From Octopus sinensis (lineage: Eukaryota), in NCBI RefSeq assembly GCF_006345805.1, contig NC_043013.1, forward strand, positions 11,036,001-11,100,000: DNA of 64,000 bases, given 5' to 3'. Shown here piece by piece: positions 1 to 13,097 of this stretch; positions within the stretch are counted from its first letter, which is position 1, and each line of letters starts with the position of its first letter. The position numbers were made by a program, and so were the translations under genes. Under the pieces are notes generated by a model. The model saw only the letters and a list, made by a program, of their open reading frames with translations. It was not told the DNA's origin and made no database searches.

Positions 1-14
1 TTGCTACAGCAGTG

Positions 15-290
15 CTTTGGGGAGAGAATAATCTCCTGCTACACCAATGTCAACTGGCCTCCACGTTCCTAGAGACTTGACTTGCCCGGATCTTTTCTTG
101 TGAGAATACATGAAAGAAAAGGATTACGTCAACAAACTGGAGACCCTGGTGCAACTGAAGGAGAACAACAATAGAGAAATCAGAGAAGTGGGGTCTGAAA
201 ATCTTGAAGGTGTTATGGTGCAAATTCTGGAAAGAGCAAAGCATGCAAGGCCGAAAATGGCTACCATTTAAGCGATGTCATATTTCATAT
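15..290 (+). mobile_element. Tc1/mariner transposase C-terminal remnant
   Basis: Degenerate translation NWPPRS*DLT..LF..YMKEKDYVNKLETLVQLKEN...; same family as 47.3-48.0 kb. Confidence 0.8.
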
Positions 291-1149
291 GTGATGTAGT
301 GATGTTGCAAAATTTGACTTGTGCATATTTAGTTCCATTACGTCCTTTATATTGTATCAAAATTTCATGCATTTATTTGTAAAGTTAAAGAAGTTATCAC
401 AAGTTGAAACCCATCAGTGACTGTTGTGATAGCCTGTATGTATATATGTATATATATATATATATATATATCACAAAAGCATCTAAGATCGTTCCTTAGC
501 TCACAAGGCCGATTTCCAGGTTTTTGAGATGCATATTTCAACACTCGTGGACGGGGTGCCGCTCCGTGGCAAGATTACTCATTTTTGCAAGTGGACTGGA
601 GTACCGTGAAATGAAGAGTTTTGCCCCAAAACAACACATCATCCAATTCAGCAGTCGAAATCAACAATTTTACAATAATGAATTCAATACCCTATCCGCC
701 CGAGACGCGCATCTGCACACCGTTCTTTTCAACGCTGGATCCCGTACATGAAGACTGTACTCGAGCAGATACATCTCAGCAGTTATTTGACATTCGTGCG
801 TATCGTATTGTGAGGTTTTGTGTGTTTTTATTCTTTAATTCCTTTAATCTTTAGGAAGCATTGTGTTACCAATCAAAGAACAGAATAACGAACATAGGCC
901 AACAAGAGGAAAGAGAAAACATAAGCATATACATACGTAGGCACACACATTCTAGCATACATGTATATGTAACTTCTAAACGGTGGTTAGGTTGCTGTTA
1001 CCAATGTTCTAAGTAAGATACAACTACACCCATATTTCACAAAACTTAGTCACGAAATATATCGACGACTCAGCAGGCGAAATCAAACAAGGGGTATCAC
1101 CATACACATTTGTACAGCACAACACGCATGTATGACATATATATATATG

Positions 1150-1261
<112 letters not shown>

Positions 1262-1753
1262 TGATATATATACATACACACACACACAATCACATGTATA
1301 TATATATATATATATATATATATTGAGTCAGATATGAATAGTGTTATGAATTGAGACAAAAAAACCTGAAATACTATTTTGCTGAGTGCAAGTTCCATTT
1401 CATTTACTCCTTCAGGTATTTGGGTGATTACATTATCCATATATATATATATCATATATATATAATGTAAATCATAATGTATATATATATTATTATATAT
1501 ATAAATTCATAAATGTATATATATATATATATAAATTTATAGACATGCTCTCGGACAGCAGAATGGTGAAGTATCTACACATATAAGTATATGTTTATAC
1601 GCACACATAAATATAATTCATGCATATATATACATATATACCTACATACACACACACACATATACACTCAAATGTTCAAAAATAAACATGTATAAATAGA
1701 TTTATCTTCATGTGTATGTACAATGCATATATACATATAATATGCATACATAA

Positions 1754-1813
<60 letters not shown>

Positions 1814-1914
1814 CACTCAAATGTTCAAAAATATACATGAATAAATAGATTTATCTTCATGTGTATGCACAAATATATTTATATATATATAATCTATACA
1901 TATATATATATGTT

Positions 1915-1947
<33 letters not shown>

Positions 1948-2069
1948 GTATACATATATATATACACATATATGTGCATGTGTGTGTATATATATATAAT
2001 ATTATATACATATATATATATATATATATATGCATACATATGCATGTATATGTATGTATGTATTTAATT

Positions 2070-2272
2070 CTTTATTGCCAACAAGGGGCTAAATATAGAG
2101 GGGACAAACTATGACAGACAGAGGAACAAAGTCGACTACATTGACCCCAGTGCGTAACTGATACTTATTTAATCGACCCCGAAAAGATGAAAGACAAAGT
2201 CGACCTCAGCGGAATTTGAACTCAGAACGTAGCATTTCGACCGGCGTGCTAACGATTCTGCCAGCTCCTCCG
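2070..2272 (-). mobile_element. tRNA-head SINE family A (core GTCGACTTTGCCTTTCATCCTTTCGGGGTCGATAAAT), partial; dozens of copies in window
   Basis: Matches recurrent consensus also at 17.2, 21.45, 24.5, 30.7, 33.9, 37.2, 43.6, 51.4, 56.9, 58.5 and 59.6 kb. Confidence 0.85.
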
Positions 2273-3693
2273 CACACGTGATTTTGTATACTTAAATTCA
2301 AATTTTGGCGCAACGTCAGAAATTTCTTGGGAGGTGGGGTCAATCGATCGAATTGACACAGTACTCCACTGGTACTTACTTTATCGACTCCGAAAGTATT
2401 AAAGATAAAGTCGATCACTGTGAAATTTGAAATGAAGAAAAGTAAAAAAGGAAAAAAGAAAACAATCGGACGAAATGCCAGTAAGCAATTTGTGCGGTAT
2501 GGCAACGATTGTTCCATCTCGCCGCCTTGAACTGAACGGGCTATATTACTATTCAAATATAAGTACATGCATACATGCATTCTTCCTTGCAAAGGTACTT
2601 ATATATTTCCACAAATGTATACGTGCCTACATCCTGCCTAAATACATTTATACGTACGTGCTTACATACATACTTGCGTTTTATTTGTACATATCTACGT
2701 TTACCTAAAGCAAGCGCGATTTTGTTGTGTTATAAACAGACAATTTTTCCTTTATATTTTCTTTGTCTTCCGCAAAAATAAATAGCTACAAGATGACAAG
2801 AGAACTACAAAACTCATTGGAGTGGAGCGAAATCTGGAGACAAAAATTAAAAGAAGAAAGAGTAAGTAGGGAGAAACCATTGCTAGTAAATGGGTGGGGT
2901 CTTAAATGATTTAGTGAGAGGAAGAGAGAGAACGAAACAGTGAGCGGGGTATGTCAGAAATATAGAAAGCATGTGTAAAAGCATGTGGATGTGATTGAGT
3001 GACTGAGAAGGGAAAGTGGTGTTGATGGTGGTGATAGTGGTGACGGTGGGGCAATAAAAAGCTAGAATAGTAGAAATAAACTCACACATGGTTAAGCAAA
3101 GTTGTAGGTGGGAACGTTTTAACAAAACGCTTCTATTGAAAAAGTCGATTTGGAAATTAAGAAGCGGAAAAACGCAGTAAGAAAAAGTCTATAGACAGAG
3201 AGGGGGAGAAAAAGTGGGCAGAGACAGGCTGGATAAAACAGGTGTGTGTGTGAGTGTGTGTGACTGTAGGAGTTTGTCTATATGTACTTGCAAACAGAGA
3301 CGTGTACATATGAATCTATACAAAAAATATGATATATATATACTCATGTGGATATACATATAATATATACATATACACATGATAACAATAGACATTCTCA
3401 AACAGTATATACTAAGGTATATAAATATATATGTTTATAAAAATGAATTCATCTATACATATATCAGCGAGTATATATATAAATGTCCCTCTTTCTATAT
3501 ACATATATATATATATATGCACTCGCATAGCAAGTGATTTGATCTGAGATCGTGTGCTGGAACGAAAACAATTGCAGCGTGGAAGGTGTTTGTAAGCCAT
3601 TTAAGAGACACACAAAAGCCGTTCGATTCACTTCAACATTTAAGTTTAATTTGTCAAAACATTTTCGTCGCTAAAATCGCGACCTGTTCACTG

Positions 3694-3741
<48 letters not shown>

Positions 3742-4263
3742 ATATATATATATATGGTGTGTATATATATATATATATATTATATATATATATGTGTGTT
3801 GTGTGTGTGTATATATATATATATATATGCCTACTTACATATATATGTCTACTTACACACGCACATGCATACACACATGCAAGCATATTTAGGCATATGG
3901 ATAAACCGCGCGCGCTTGAATCGAGAACATAGCGTAGCAGGGAAGAAACGAATGACGAAGGAGAGAGAGAGATGGGAGTTGCAAAGAGTAAACGAGATTT
4001 GGAAAGAGAATATCGAGAGAAATATAAAAAAATTATACGATCAGCGTTATATCAATAGTATTCTTTACAAGAGAGAGTTGAATCGTGTATGAGTGAATGT
4101 AGGTGTGCGTGTGTGTTTGTTTGAAAGCGAGAGAGAGGGACAGAGAGAGAGAGAAAGAGTGTAGAGATTTTAGAGAGAGAGTAACCAAAGCGAGGGGAAA
4201 GATATCTGGCGGAGATATTTTGTATAGACCTAAGTTTATTACTAACATACAACTCAACATGTT

Positions 4264-4294
<31 letters not shown>

Positions 4295-5128
4295 ACGGGA
4301 AGCTTTATGAAAATAGACAAAAGACGAAGGCAGGTGGAAAAAAAAAACAAACAATGTATTAGTATGGCGCTCAGGAAATATAAATATAAAACAAGTCTAT
4401 ATATATATATATATATATATAATAATATTAGGAAGAAATCCAACTTACAGGGAAAAATTAGATTTAGGATTAAATCTAATTTTATAGTATAAATATATAT
4501 TATATTAAATTAGAGATAAAACCACTATTAGGCAAATCAAACATGTGTAGAATTAAATTGATTTCTTTTACTTTGCATAACGCTTAACGCTAATTTAAAC
4601 ATTGCATACTTTGGCTAAGGCACGCGCGATGCTCTCTTCAGTTCTGTAACGAGAAATTTTCGAGCTGATAGTTTCAGTGCCTTTTCCTGCATCATCAGTG
4701 ATCGTCAAAGAATTCTCCTGTGCGCAGAGAAAATATTTGTGATAATTTATTTATACTATGAACAAATAAATATAAGATATTTTGAAACTCTCTAGAGTGA
4801 GTATTGGTCATGTTTGTTTAACGGATCGTTGTATAACACAGCTTTAGGGAGACTGAAGAGGTAAAGTGAAACTGTAATATTTTCGAGTTAGCCTTGAAAA
4901 GCTGATAACATTCATATTTCTCTTTCAGTGACTATAATAAAGAGTATGACCTGTCTTAACTGTCTTCTCCCCCCCTCTCTCTCGCTCCGTCTATCTCTAT
5001 CTGTTTTACTCTCTCACGCTCTCTTTATATATAGGTGTGTATGCATATGTATGTATGTATGCATGTGTATATGTATATGTACTATATGTACATACTGATG
5101 TAAATAACGCACATAATACAAATACATA

Positions 5129-5178
<50 letters not shown>

Positions 5179-5864
5179 ATACATACATACATACATACGT
5201 ACATACATATATATATATATATATAATATATTAATAAATAAAACATATGCATATATATATACATATATGTACGTACCTACCTCTACATGTATATATACAC
5301 GCATATATGAGTACAGGACACCAAAAAAACGTCGAACACAATGAGAAACGAACACATAGACACAAACCCAAGGAACTGGACATTTTTCTTAAACAACAAA
5401 AAAATAGAGTACAGGACAAATAACACAAGGAAAAAACCTCTTCTTCAGTCGATGTATATATATATATATATATATATATTTACACATATACATACATATA
5501 TACAGAAAGACAGATATGCAATATTAAGGATTCAGAAGAATCAGGTACTTAAATGATAGGTTCGAGGCTGGGTCGAATTAACTTGTAAACACCACCTTTA
5601 GTCGAAGTACATCGAGTGATTATTCAGATTGTGTATACAATTTAACCCTTATGAGTATTTTAATAGCCTATGGGTTAATCTCAGGTTTGACTTGCCCACC
5701 GTGTTGCTCTTATATAGTTAGAAGTGTTATGTATCACCTGAAGGAAACGGTTTTTCTTTTTGTTATGATGTAATGTGCTCATTAATATATTAAAGAAATC
5801 TGTTGGAAACAGCTGTAGTGAAGTGACGCGTATCCGACTTAGTTATTTATTTGCTTATATACAT

Positions 5865-6265
5865 AGGTGCAGGCGTGGTGGATAGGCGGAGGCGTTGCTG
5901 TAAGAAGTTTGCTTCCTAACCATATGGTCCTGGTTTCAGTCCCACTGCTGAGTGACATCTTGGGAAAGTGTCGTCTACTATAGCGTCGGGCCGAGCAGAG
6001 CCTTGTGTGTGGACATTGTAGACAGAAACTGAAAGAAGTCAGTTGTATATATATGTATATATTTAAGTGTGCGTGTCTTTGTGTCAGTGTTTATCCTCTC
6101 CCCCACATCGCTTGACAGCCGATGTTGGTATGTTTACGTCCCCGTAACTTAGCGGTTCGGTAGAAGAACCGATAGAATATGTACTAGGATTACAAAGAAT
6201 AAGTCGATTTATTCGGCTAAAGACGGTGCTCCAACATGGCCGCAGTCAAATGACTGAAGAAAAAA
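5865..6265 (+). mobile_element. tRNA-head SINE family B (AGGTGCAGG..GGTAGACGGAAACTGAAAGAAG..CAGCATGGCC..TGACTGAA), diverged copy
   Basis: Homologous to copies at 8.9-9.25, 28.8-29.2, 40.07-41.0 and 53.3-53.65 kb. Confidence 0.85.
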
Positions 6266-6961
6266 GAATATGTATATGTAAAATATGTGTGTGCGTATAT
6301 ATATGTACTTGTGTGTGCAGATATATACATATACATACATATTTATGTGTCTTATCTACATCAGTATGTACATATACAAGAATAAAGAATATGTATATGT
6401 AAGCATGTATGTATTTGCGTGTGTATGTATGTATATATGTGTATGTATGTGGTATGCATTGAACACAACGAAAAGATGAAGAAATGAAAAAGATAGTAAG
6501 AATATGAGAAATGGAGAGAGAAAAAAGGTGTGTAATACGGAGACAGACTCAAGAGATGCAACTATAACGCAAATGCACATTTCTAAACGAAACCATAGAA
6601 ATGAATGCAGCTGCTAGAGGTATAAACGTATTGATTTGAAATTCCATAGGAACACGTAATAAATACATTATAGAAATTAAGCATTGCAAGTTTGAGAAAC
6701 AGGTAGACATGGAGAGACAGCTGCAACGTGGAATAACTATGATAGATATTTAAAACGCACCTGTAATAGAAAGTAAAATTATATGGTCAATAAGTCTGTT
6801 TAGTAACCAGGTAAGTTACTAAGCTGTGGTTCAGCGTCCTGTTGCACGTTAGTATGTATACACATGCATATATGTATGTGCATATATGTAAGTATATACA
6901 TATAATATATATATGCATATACATAATCCGTGTAAATATATATATATATACATATATACGT

Positions 6962-7161
6962 TTAAATATTTGTTGTGCAAGATTTTTTTATGTGAAGTCG
7001 GGTGTTGAAACAGATGCGGTCACAGGAGTGTGACGAAAGAACTCTGGCCGAAATAAGATTAAGATTAATGTAAAAATTAAATAACACTGAAGCAAAATAA
7101 CACCAAATATATAGTGCGTGTGTTTTTATTGGCTAAACAGGCAAAATGACCATTCCGAAAT

Positions 7162-7197
<36 letters not shown>

Positions 7198-7468
7198 ATT
7201 ATTAGGAAATATTAATTCCGAGTCCACAGGAATGAGACATTCAAATTAAAGGTACTAAAGTGGAACTTCTCTCAATATTTATTCATATATATAAAAGTAG
7301 TTTTAGAGACAGACCCACCCTCAACTCAATTAACATTGAAAGATATTATACCCGACCGAGCCATAAAATCTTAAATATGATACGTTGTGTATCTATCCAG
7401 AAACCCATACTCTCCATTTTAAAGACAACACCCGAAGACTGGGAGTCGATCCAATTGAGTATTGATAC

Positions 7469-7556
<88 letters not shown>

Positions 7557-7880
7557 ATATTTCGGAATGGTCATTTTGCCTGTTTAGCCAATAAAAACAC
7601 AGGCACTATATATTTGATGTTATTTTGCTTCAGTGTTATTTATTTTTTACATTAATCTTAATCTTATTTCTAATGCGGTCACAGGAGAGTGACGAAAGAA
7701 CTCTGGCCGAGATAAGATAAAGATTAATGTAAAAAATAAATAACACTGAAGCAAAATAACACCAAATATATAGTGCGTGTGTTTTTATTGGCTAAACAGA
7801 CAAAATGACCATTCCGAAATATAACAATATATGGTTCAACACACGACTTCACATAAAAATCTTGCACAACAAATATTAAA
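6962..7880. repeat. Rearranged repeat cluster with a 120-bp-arm hairpin (7551-7670 / 7709-7828)
   Basis: Segment 7014-7162 recurs at 7673-7822, part of it is inverted at 7551-7670, and 6962-7010 is inverted at about 7833-7880. Confidence 0.9.
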
Positions 7881-7881
7881 A

Positions 7882-7912
<31 letters not shown>

Positions 7913-8499
7913 GAGAGAGAAAGAGAAAAAGAGAGAATCAGTTGGATGTATGCATAATAATATTAGTATCTGACTTAATCAAGTATTCATAATCACACGT
8001 TTCTATATGTATAAATATATGAATATAGAAATGTACCCTTTGTGCGGTGATGGACTTTGCATTTGAGGGAGATTTGTCAACTATTATTAGCCTGCCGAGC
8101 CACCTGGCAATGTTTCCTTCTTATACTTGTAAAGTAAAGCGATGTAGATATGGCAAGAATATAACATTTGAATACCGCCAAGATAGACAGAAGAAAATAA
8201 ATACAGACGAGAGGAGATGAGTTAAAATATCGTTTAAGAAATGAATAAATGCTAACTTGATACACTGAGTTGTTGGTTCGTGTATGGAGAGAAATATATA
8301 AAGAGAACAACATGTCTTTTACCAACATATAACTACACGCACGTACATTAACAAACAGAAGAACAATAAACAGATGGATGAATACATCGTATATACATAA
8401 AACTGCATACGTTTATTTGTGTAGTAGTGGTAGTATTGGTGTGGATATTAGATGTTCTTGTTGTTGTTGCTGCTACTGCTGCTGTTGTTGCTGTTGTTA

Positions 8500-8700
8500 A
8501 GCAACAAGACAGGCTGCTTAGGTGATGGTCACGGGCTTAGGGGCGGGAGACCCCAGCCCTTGTAGTCAAGGGCTCTTCGTTGATGCCTGACACCACTGGG
8601 AGTTGGGGGCTCGAAGTTGCTGGAAATGGACATCCACCAGGTTCAAATTCTTGAAAGGCTGCTGCTGCTTGGTCAAAAAAGAATTCTTTTAGACCACAGT
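8500..8700 (+). mobile_element. Non-LTR retroelement remnant, possibly an R4/Dong-like C-terminus
   Basis: Degenerate LEMDIHQVQIL-KAALLG-KRIL resembles the LQKAALLGTxxIL C-terminal motif of REL-endonuclease elements. Confidence 0.45.
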
Positions 8701-8884
8701 AATCAAGGATTCATCAAGAATTTATGGTGCACAACAGGTAATTCTTCTTGGAGTTGCATGAACACACACACACACACATGCATGCAGACATACACACGCA
8801 CACACATGCATGAAAATCTGTCTGTGCGCGAGCGCATGTGTATTTATACTCTTACTCTTTACAATTTTATTCTTTTCAGTTAGC

Positions 8885-9049
8885 TGAGTTTAGTCGAACA
8901 AATCGACCTCAGGACTTCTTCTTTGTAAGCCTGGTACTTATTTTATTGGTTTCTTTTGTCGAAGTTACGGGGACGTAAACACACTAGCAACGGTTGTCAA
9001 GCGATGTTGGGGGACAAACACAGTCATACGCACATACACACACACACAG

Positions 9050-9082
<33 letters not shown>

Positions 9083-9253
9083 CTTATATACGACGGGCTT
9101 CTTTCAGTTTCCATTTACCAAATCCACTCGCAAGGTTTTGGTCGGCCCGAGGCTATAGTAGAGAACACTTGCCCAAGACGCCACGCATTGGGGCTGAACC
9201 CAAAACCATGTGGTTCATAAGCATTTTACTTAGCACACAGCCACTCCTACACC

Positions 9254-9254
<1 letters not shown>
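8885..9254 (-). mobile_element. SINE family B
   Basis: Reverse-complement match to family B. Confidence 0.85.
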
Positions 9255-9288
<34 letters not shown>

Positions 9289-10068
9289 GGAGAGAGAGAG
9301 AAAGATAGATAGATATAGATAGATAGTTAGATCGATAGATATGAATTCTATACCCTGTCAAACCAGCATGTCACTGAACATAAAGGCACATGTCATAAAC
9401 AGCAATTTCTTAGATCGGTATAAACGTAAAAGCAGACACGAATACATACGTGTGTGAATGTTAGTGCGCGTGTGCGTAGGTATGTTTGTGTATCTGTAAA
9501 TCAATTACATCTATATATCTATCTGTATGTAAGTAAACATATATCTATGTATAGACAGACAATCACACATGTTGCCCTTCACATATATGCACACAAAAGC
9601 ATATATACGTGTATCTTCATGGTCATAAAAAGCATGATGTTTTCTAACACGACTCAAAATAGTTAACCCATTTTCTGCCACGAAATTAATGCATATAATA
9701 ACAAATGTTTTACAACCGTCTATACAGAATACAATGGCTAAAATCTATAGATATTTTGAAAAAAGAAGCCCAGTCTTTTAATAATCGAACGCGCAGCAAA
9801 AATTTCATCATGCCCTGAGTTCATTCTGATTCTTTGTGTCTGTTCTTAACCCGACTCTAACCCTTGAAGACGGTGCTGGATTGATTAGGTCCCCTAAAAA
9901 TAAGGGTTCCACAAAAAGGACCAACAGAAATATGAAACAGTCATAAAAAATATGTATTAGGTTCCATTTGACTAAAAACAGGAACACCCAAACTTCTGCT
10001 ATAAACAAAGGCCTGGAATTTTGCGAGAGGTGGGGTTAGTCGATTGAATCAAATCCAGTACTTGACTG

Positions 10069-10130
<62 letters not shown>

Positions 10131-10141
10131 CATTATTATTA

Positions 10142-10174
<33 letters not shown>

Positions 10175-10196
10175 TATTATTATTATTATTATTATT

Positions 10197-10661
10197 GAGT
10201 GAGAGAGCAGCGCAAGCCATCAATGTGACACGGCGGTAAAATATACGAAGCCCAGTGTACCCATCATGACTACCCGTAAGAGTACACCAGGCACATGCAT
10301 CACAACCATACGTGCGCGACATAGTGATCTCATATCAAAATAAACAGCACATGACCTTGTAGGTGGGGTCCAGTTAGAATTTTCTTCTGGTCGAGTAACC
10401 CATCCTGCTCAAAAGGTCCTTGAATAAGGGTTGTTTAAGGATGTTGAATGAAACACCCAGGTTTCCAGAGGGGAATTATTCAAACCCCAAAGAGTACCTT
10501 TCAACACATGGTTATGATGCTCCCCCACTACTTCTGCTCGTGATCAGAGATGCACATATCGTCAGCCACTAAGGGACATGCTCAACTTGATAAGGTCAAA
10601 TAACTGACAAGCAAATCTGTGGTATTGAGCAGAATATTTGCTGTAGCCCAACTTTTATACC
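10197..10661. mobile_element. 465-bp interspersed element flanked on both sides by (ATT)n
   Basis: Complex sequence bounded by (ATT)n at 10069-10196 and 10662-10720. Confidence 0.55.
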
Positions 10662-10691
10662 ATTATTATTATTATTATTATTATTTTATTA

Positions 10692-10722
<31 letters not shown>

Positions 10723-11311
10723 TGTTGTTGTTGATTTCGGTTGGACAAATGGCACAGTTGATCTTTTTGTAGATACGAAATAGATAAAACAAGTGTTTAC
10801 TAGTTAATAAACAATATTTTACTTTGCTTTTATGAGATTGCTCAATCGATGCTAAAGGCAGCAAAAAAAACATCAACAAAAATCTGGTGTTCTCATGTTG
10901 TTCTTTTTCGTATTTCAATTTTTTATGATAAGAGGTGGAGGGGGAGAGAGAAAGAAACGATGAAAGGAATCGAGAGAAGTAGAAGAGGAGGGGGTGATGG
11001 GTGTCAGAGGAGGAAGGCAGTAACGTAGCAAGGAAAATAGTAAGAAGGGTGAATGGGAGAGAATGGAAGAATAATGGTGGGAAATGGAAAGGTAGACGAG
11101 TATGGAGACACGAAGTAAGAATATGGAGTGGGTTCATAAAGGTGTGGAAATAGAGCGAAATAGATAGAGAAAAAAGGGGTGGGAAGAAAGAGAGGGAAAA
11201 TAACGGAGGTTGAAATACCGGAACGAGAAGAGATGCAGTGGTGTGAGGGAACGAAAGAGTGACACAGAACAGACAATAAAGAGAAAGAGGGAAGATAGAA
11301 GATTTAGATTG

Positions 11312-11346
<35 letters not shown>

Positions 11347-11355
11347 ATATATAAT

Positions 11356-11387
<32 letters not shown>

Positions 11388-12044
11388 AAAATAATAAAAT
11401 GACAGATATATAGAAAGAATCAGGTGTGTTGATTGATACACATTGAAATGGAGAGACATGTGCAGGGCGGATGAGGAAAGAAAAGCTGTGCGAAAAAACG
11501 AGCAACAAAAACTAAGACACTGATATCTAAGATACTGATATCCATTCGATTTGTTTGTATTGTCAAACATTTCAATTGACTGACCTTATTGAAGTTAGTT
11601 CCCTTGTTTGTTGGTTTTATATCATATACAGTCATAGAAGGAGTTACTGACAAAAAAATTGTTCGGATAATCTCAAGTGGTCCGGTTTTTTTTTTCTTTT
11701 TTTTTTTCAACGGCCAAAGCTTCATATGAGGCAGCATTTGTATTTAGTATAGTAAAGCAGTAATTCAATCTAACCCCGCCATATTGCTGATATTCATAAA
11801 TAAAATCTCTATGTTCCATTTAGTTTCTGTTCCTCTCTTTCTCGCTTTCTACCATTTCGCATTCGCGTAGTTTTCACGTTCAAATCCATTAAGCAACATC
11901 TACGGCAAATTTCTCCTGCTATGCATTCAAGTTGACCAGCAAGCAAGGCCTTGTGAGTGAATTTGGTAGAATCCGTCGAATACACGCTCTCACTGACCTA
12001 CTTACACATTTATACACCCATCCATCATTTCGCACACACATAAA

Positions 12045-12240
12045 TGAGAATGTGCAGAAAAGTTCCTGACTTTGGGAAAAATAGAATACCAGAGGATCAT
12101 TTTAATTATGGTTTTATTCAACGTATTGCCCTCTGAGAGTCACATTTTTATTGCAGTAATCCTTCAGTTTTTCTAAGAACTCGGAATGCTGGGCTTCGAA
12201 CCAGGCCTCTTGCGATACTCTTAAAGCCAGGAACTTCTCA
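12045..12240 (-). mobile_element. Mariner transposase 3' remnant
   Basis: Minus translation ...EAWFEAQHSEFLEKLKDYCNKNVTLRGQYVE*, a typical mariner C-terminus, followed by a TIR-like end. Confidence 0.75.
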
Positions 12241-12704
12241 GTATGCATCCATATACGACAGGTTCCGTCAAACTCCTTGAAATGCATTTCTGTATGTATC
12301 AATGATTTTTGTGACCAGCGACATGTATTTGAAGAACAAAGACGAAGGATATATTAAATAACATAGCAGGGAGATTCTTGATTTATTGATACTTATCCCT
12401 TTCCAGGGAAGGTAGAACAATCGCTTGTGGAAATTGGCAAAAAATTCAAATAAGGAGGAAAGACATTTCCAAGAATGCAAGGTTCACTTGAATTAAGATG
12501 CTACTAAAAAATCAATAGATAAAGGGACATGTAATGTAGATAGAGGGAGGGAATAAAAAGGAAGAAGGTACGATATTTAGAGGGACTATATTTAAAAAAT
12601 GAAAGCAAAAGACAAAAAATTAAAAAGGCAGACGCAAAGAAATGGGTCCATGTAGAAAAGAAAGGAGAAACTGTAAATTAAGAGTAAGAAACACAATGGC
12701 GAAT

Positions 12705-13097
12705 GGATGGAAGCACTCCGTCGGTTACGACGATGAGGGTTCCGGTTGATCTGAATCAACGGAATAGCCTGCTCGTGAAATTAACGTGTAAGTGGCTGAG
12801 CACTCCACAGACACGTGCACCCTTGACGTAGTTCTCGGGGATATTCAGCGTGACACAGAGAGTGACAAGGCCGGCCCCTTGAAATACAGGTACAACAGAA
12901 ACAGGAAGTAAGAGTGAGAGTGAGAGAAAGTTGTGGTGAAAGAGTACAGCAGGGATCACCACCATCCCCTGCCGGAGCCTCGTGGAGCTTTTAGGTGTTT
13001 TCGCTCAATAAACACTCACAACGCCCGGTCTGGGAATCGAAACCGCGATCCTATGACCACGAGTCCGCTGCCCTAAGCACTGGGCCATTGCGCCTCC
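12705..13097 (-). mobile_element. Full-length tRNA-head SINE family C with 12-bp target-site duplication
   Basis: tRNA-like A/B-box head (GGAGGCGCAATGGCCCAGTGC..GGTTTCGATTCCC) on minus; ACAATGGCGAAT at 12693-12704 and 13098-13109. Confidence 0.9.

Noticed and set aside
4662-4701. Minus-strand CTGATGA...GAAA spacing like a hammerhead
   Set aside because: Stem II is out of register, with no stem III, NUH site or stem I.
9351-9360. TACCCTGT, resembling the start of Hox-cluster miR-10
   Set aside because: Only 8 nt match, and no hairpin or remaining mature sequence is present.
12990-13097. tRNA-like A/B boxes here and at 15040, 20433, 44950, 52380, 61640 and 63660
   Set aside because: These are SINE heads continuing into SINE bodies; no complete cloverleaf.
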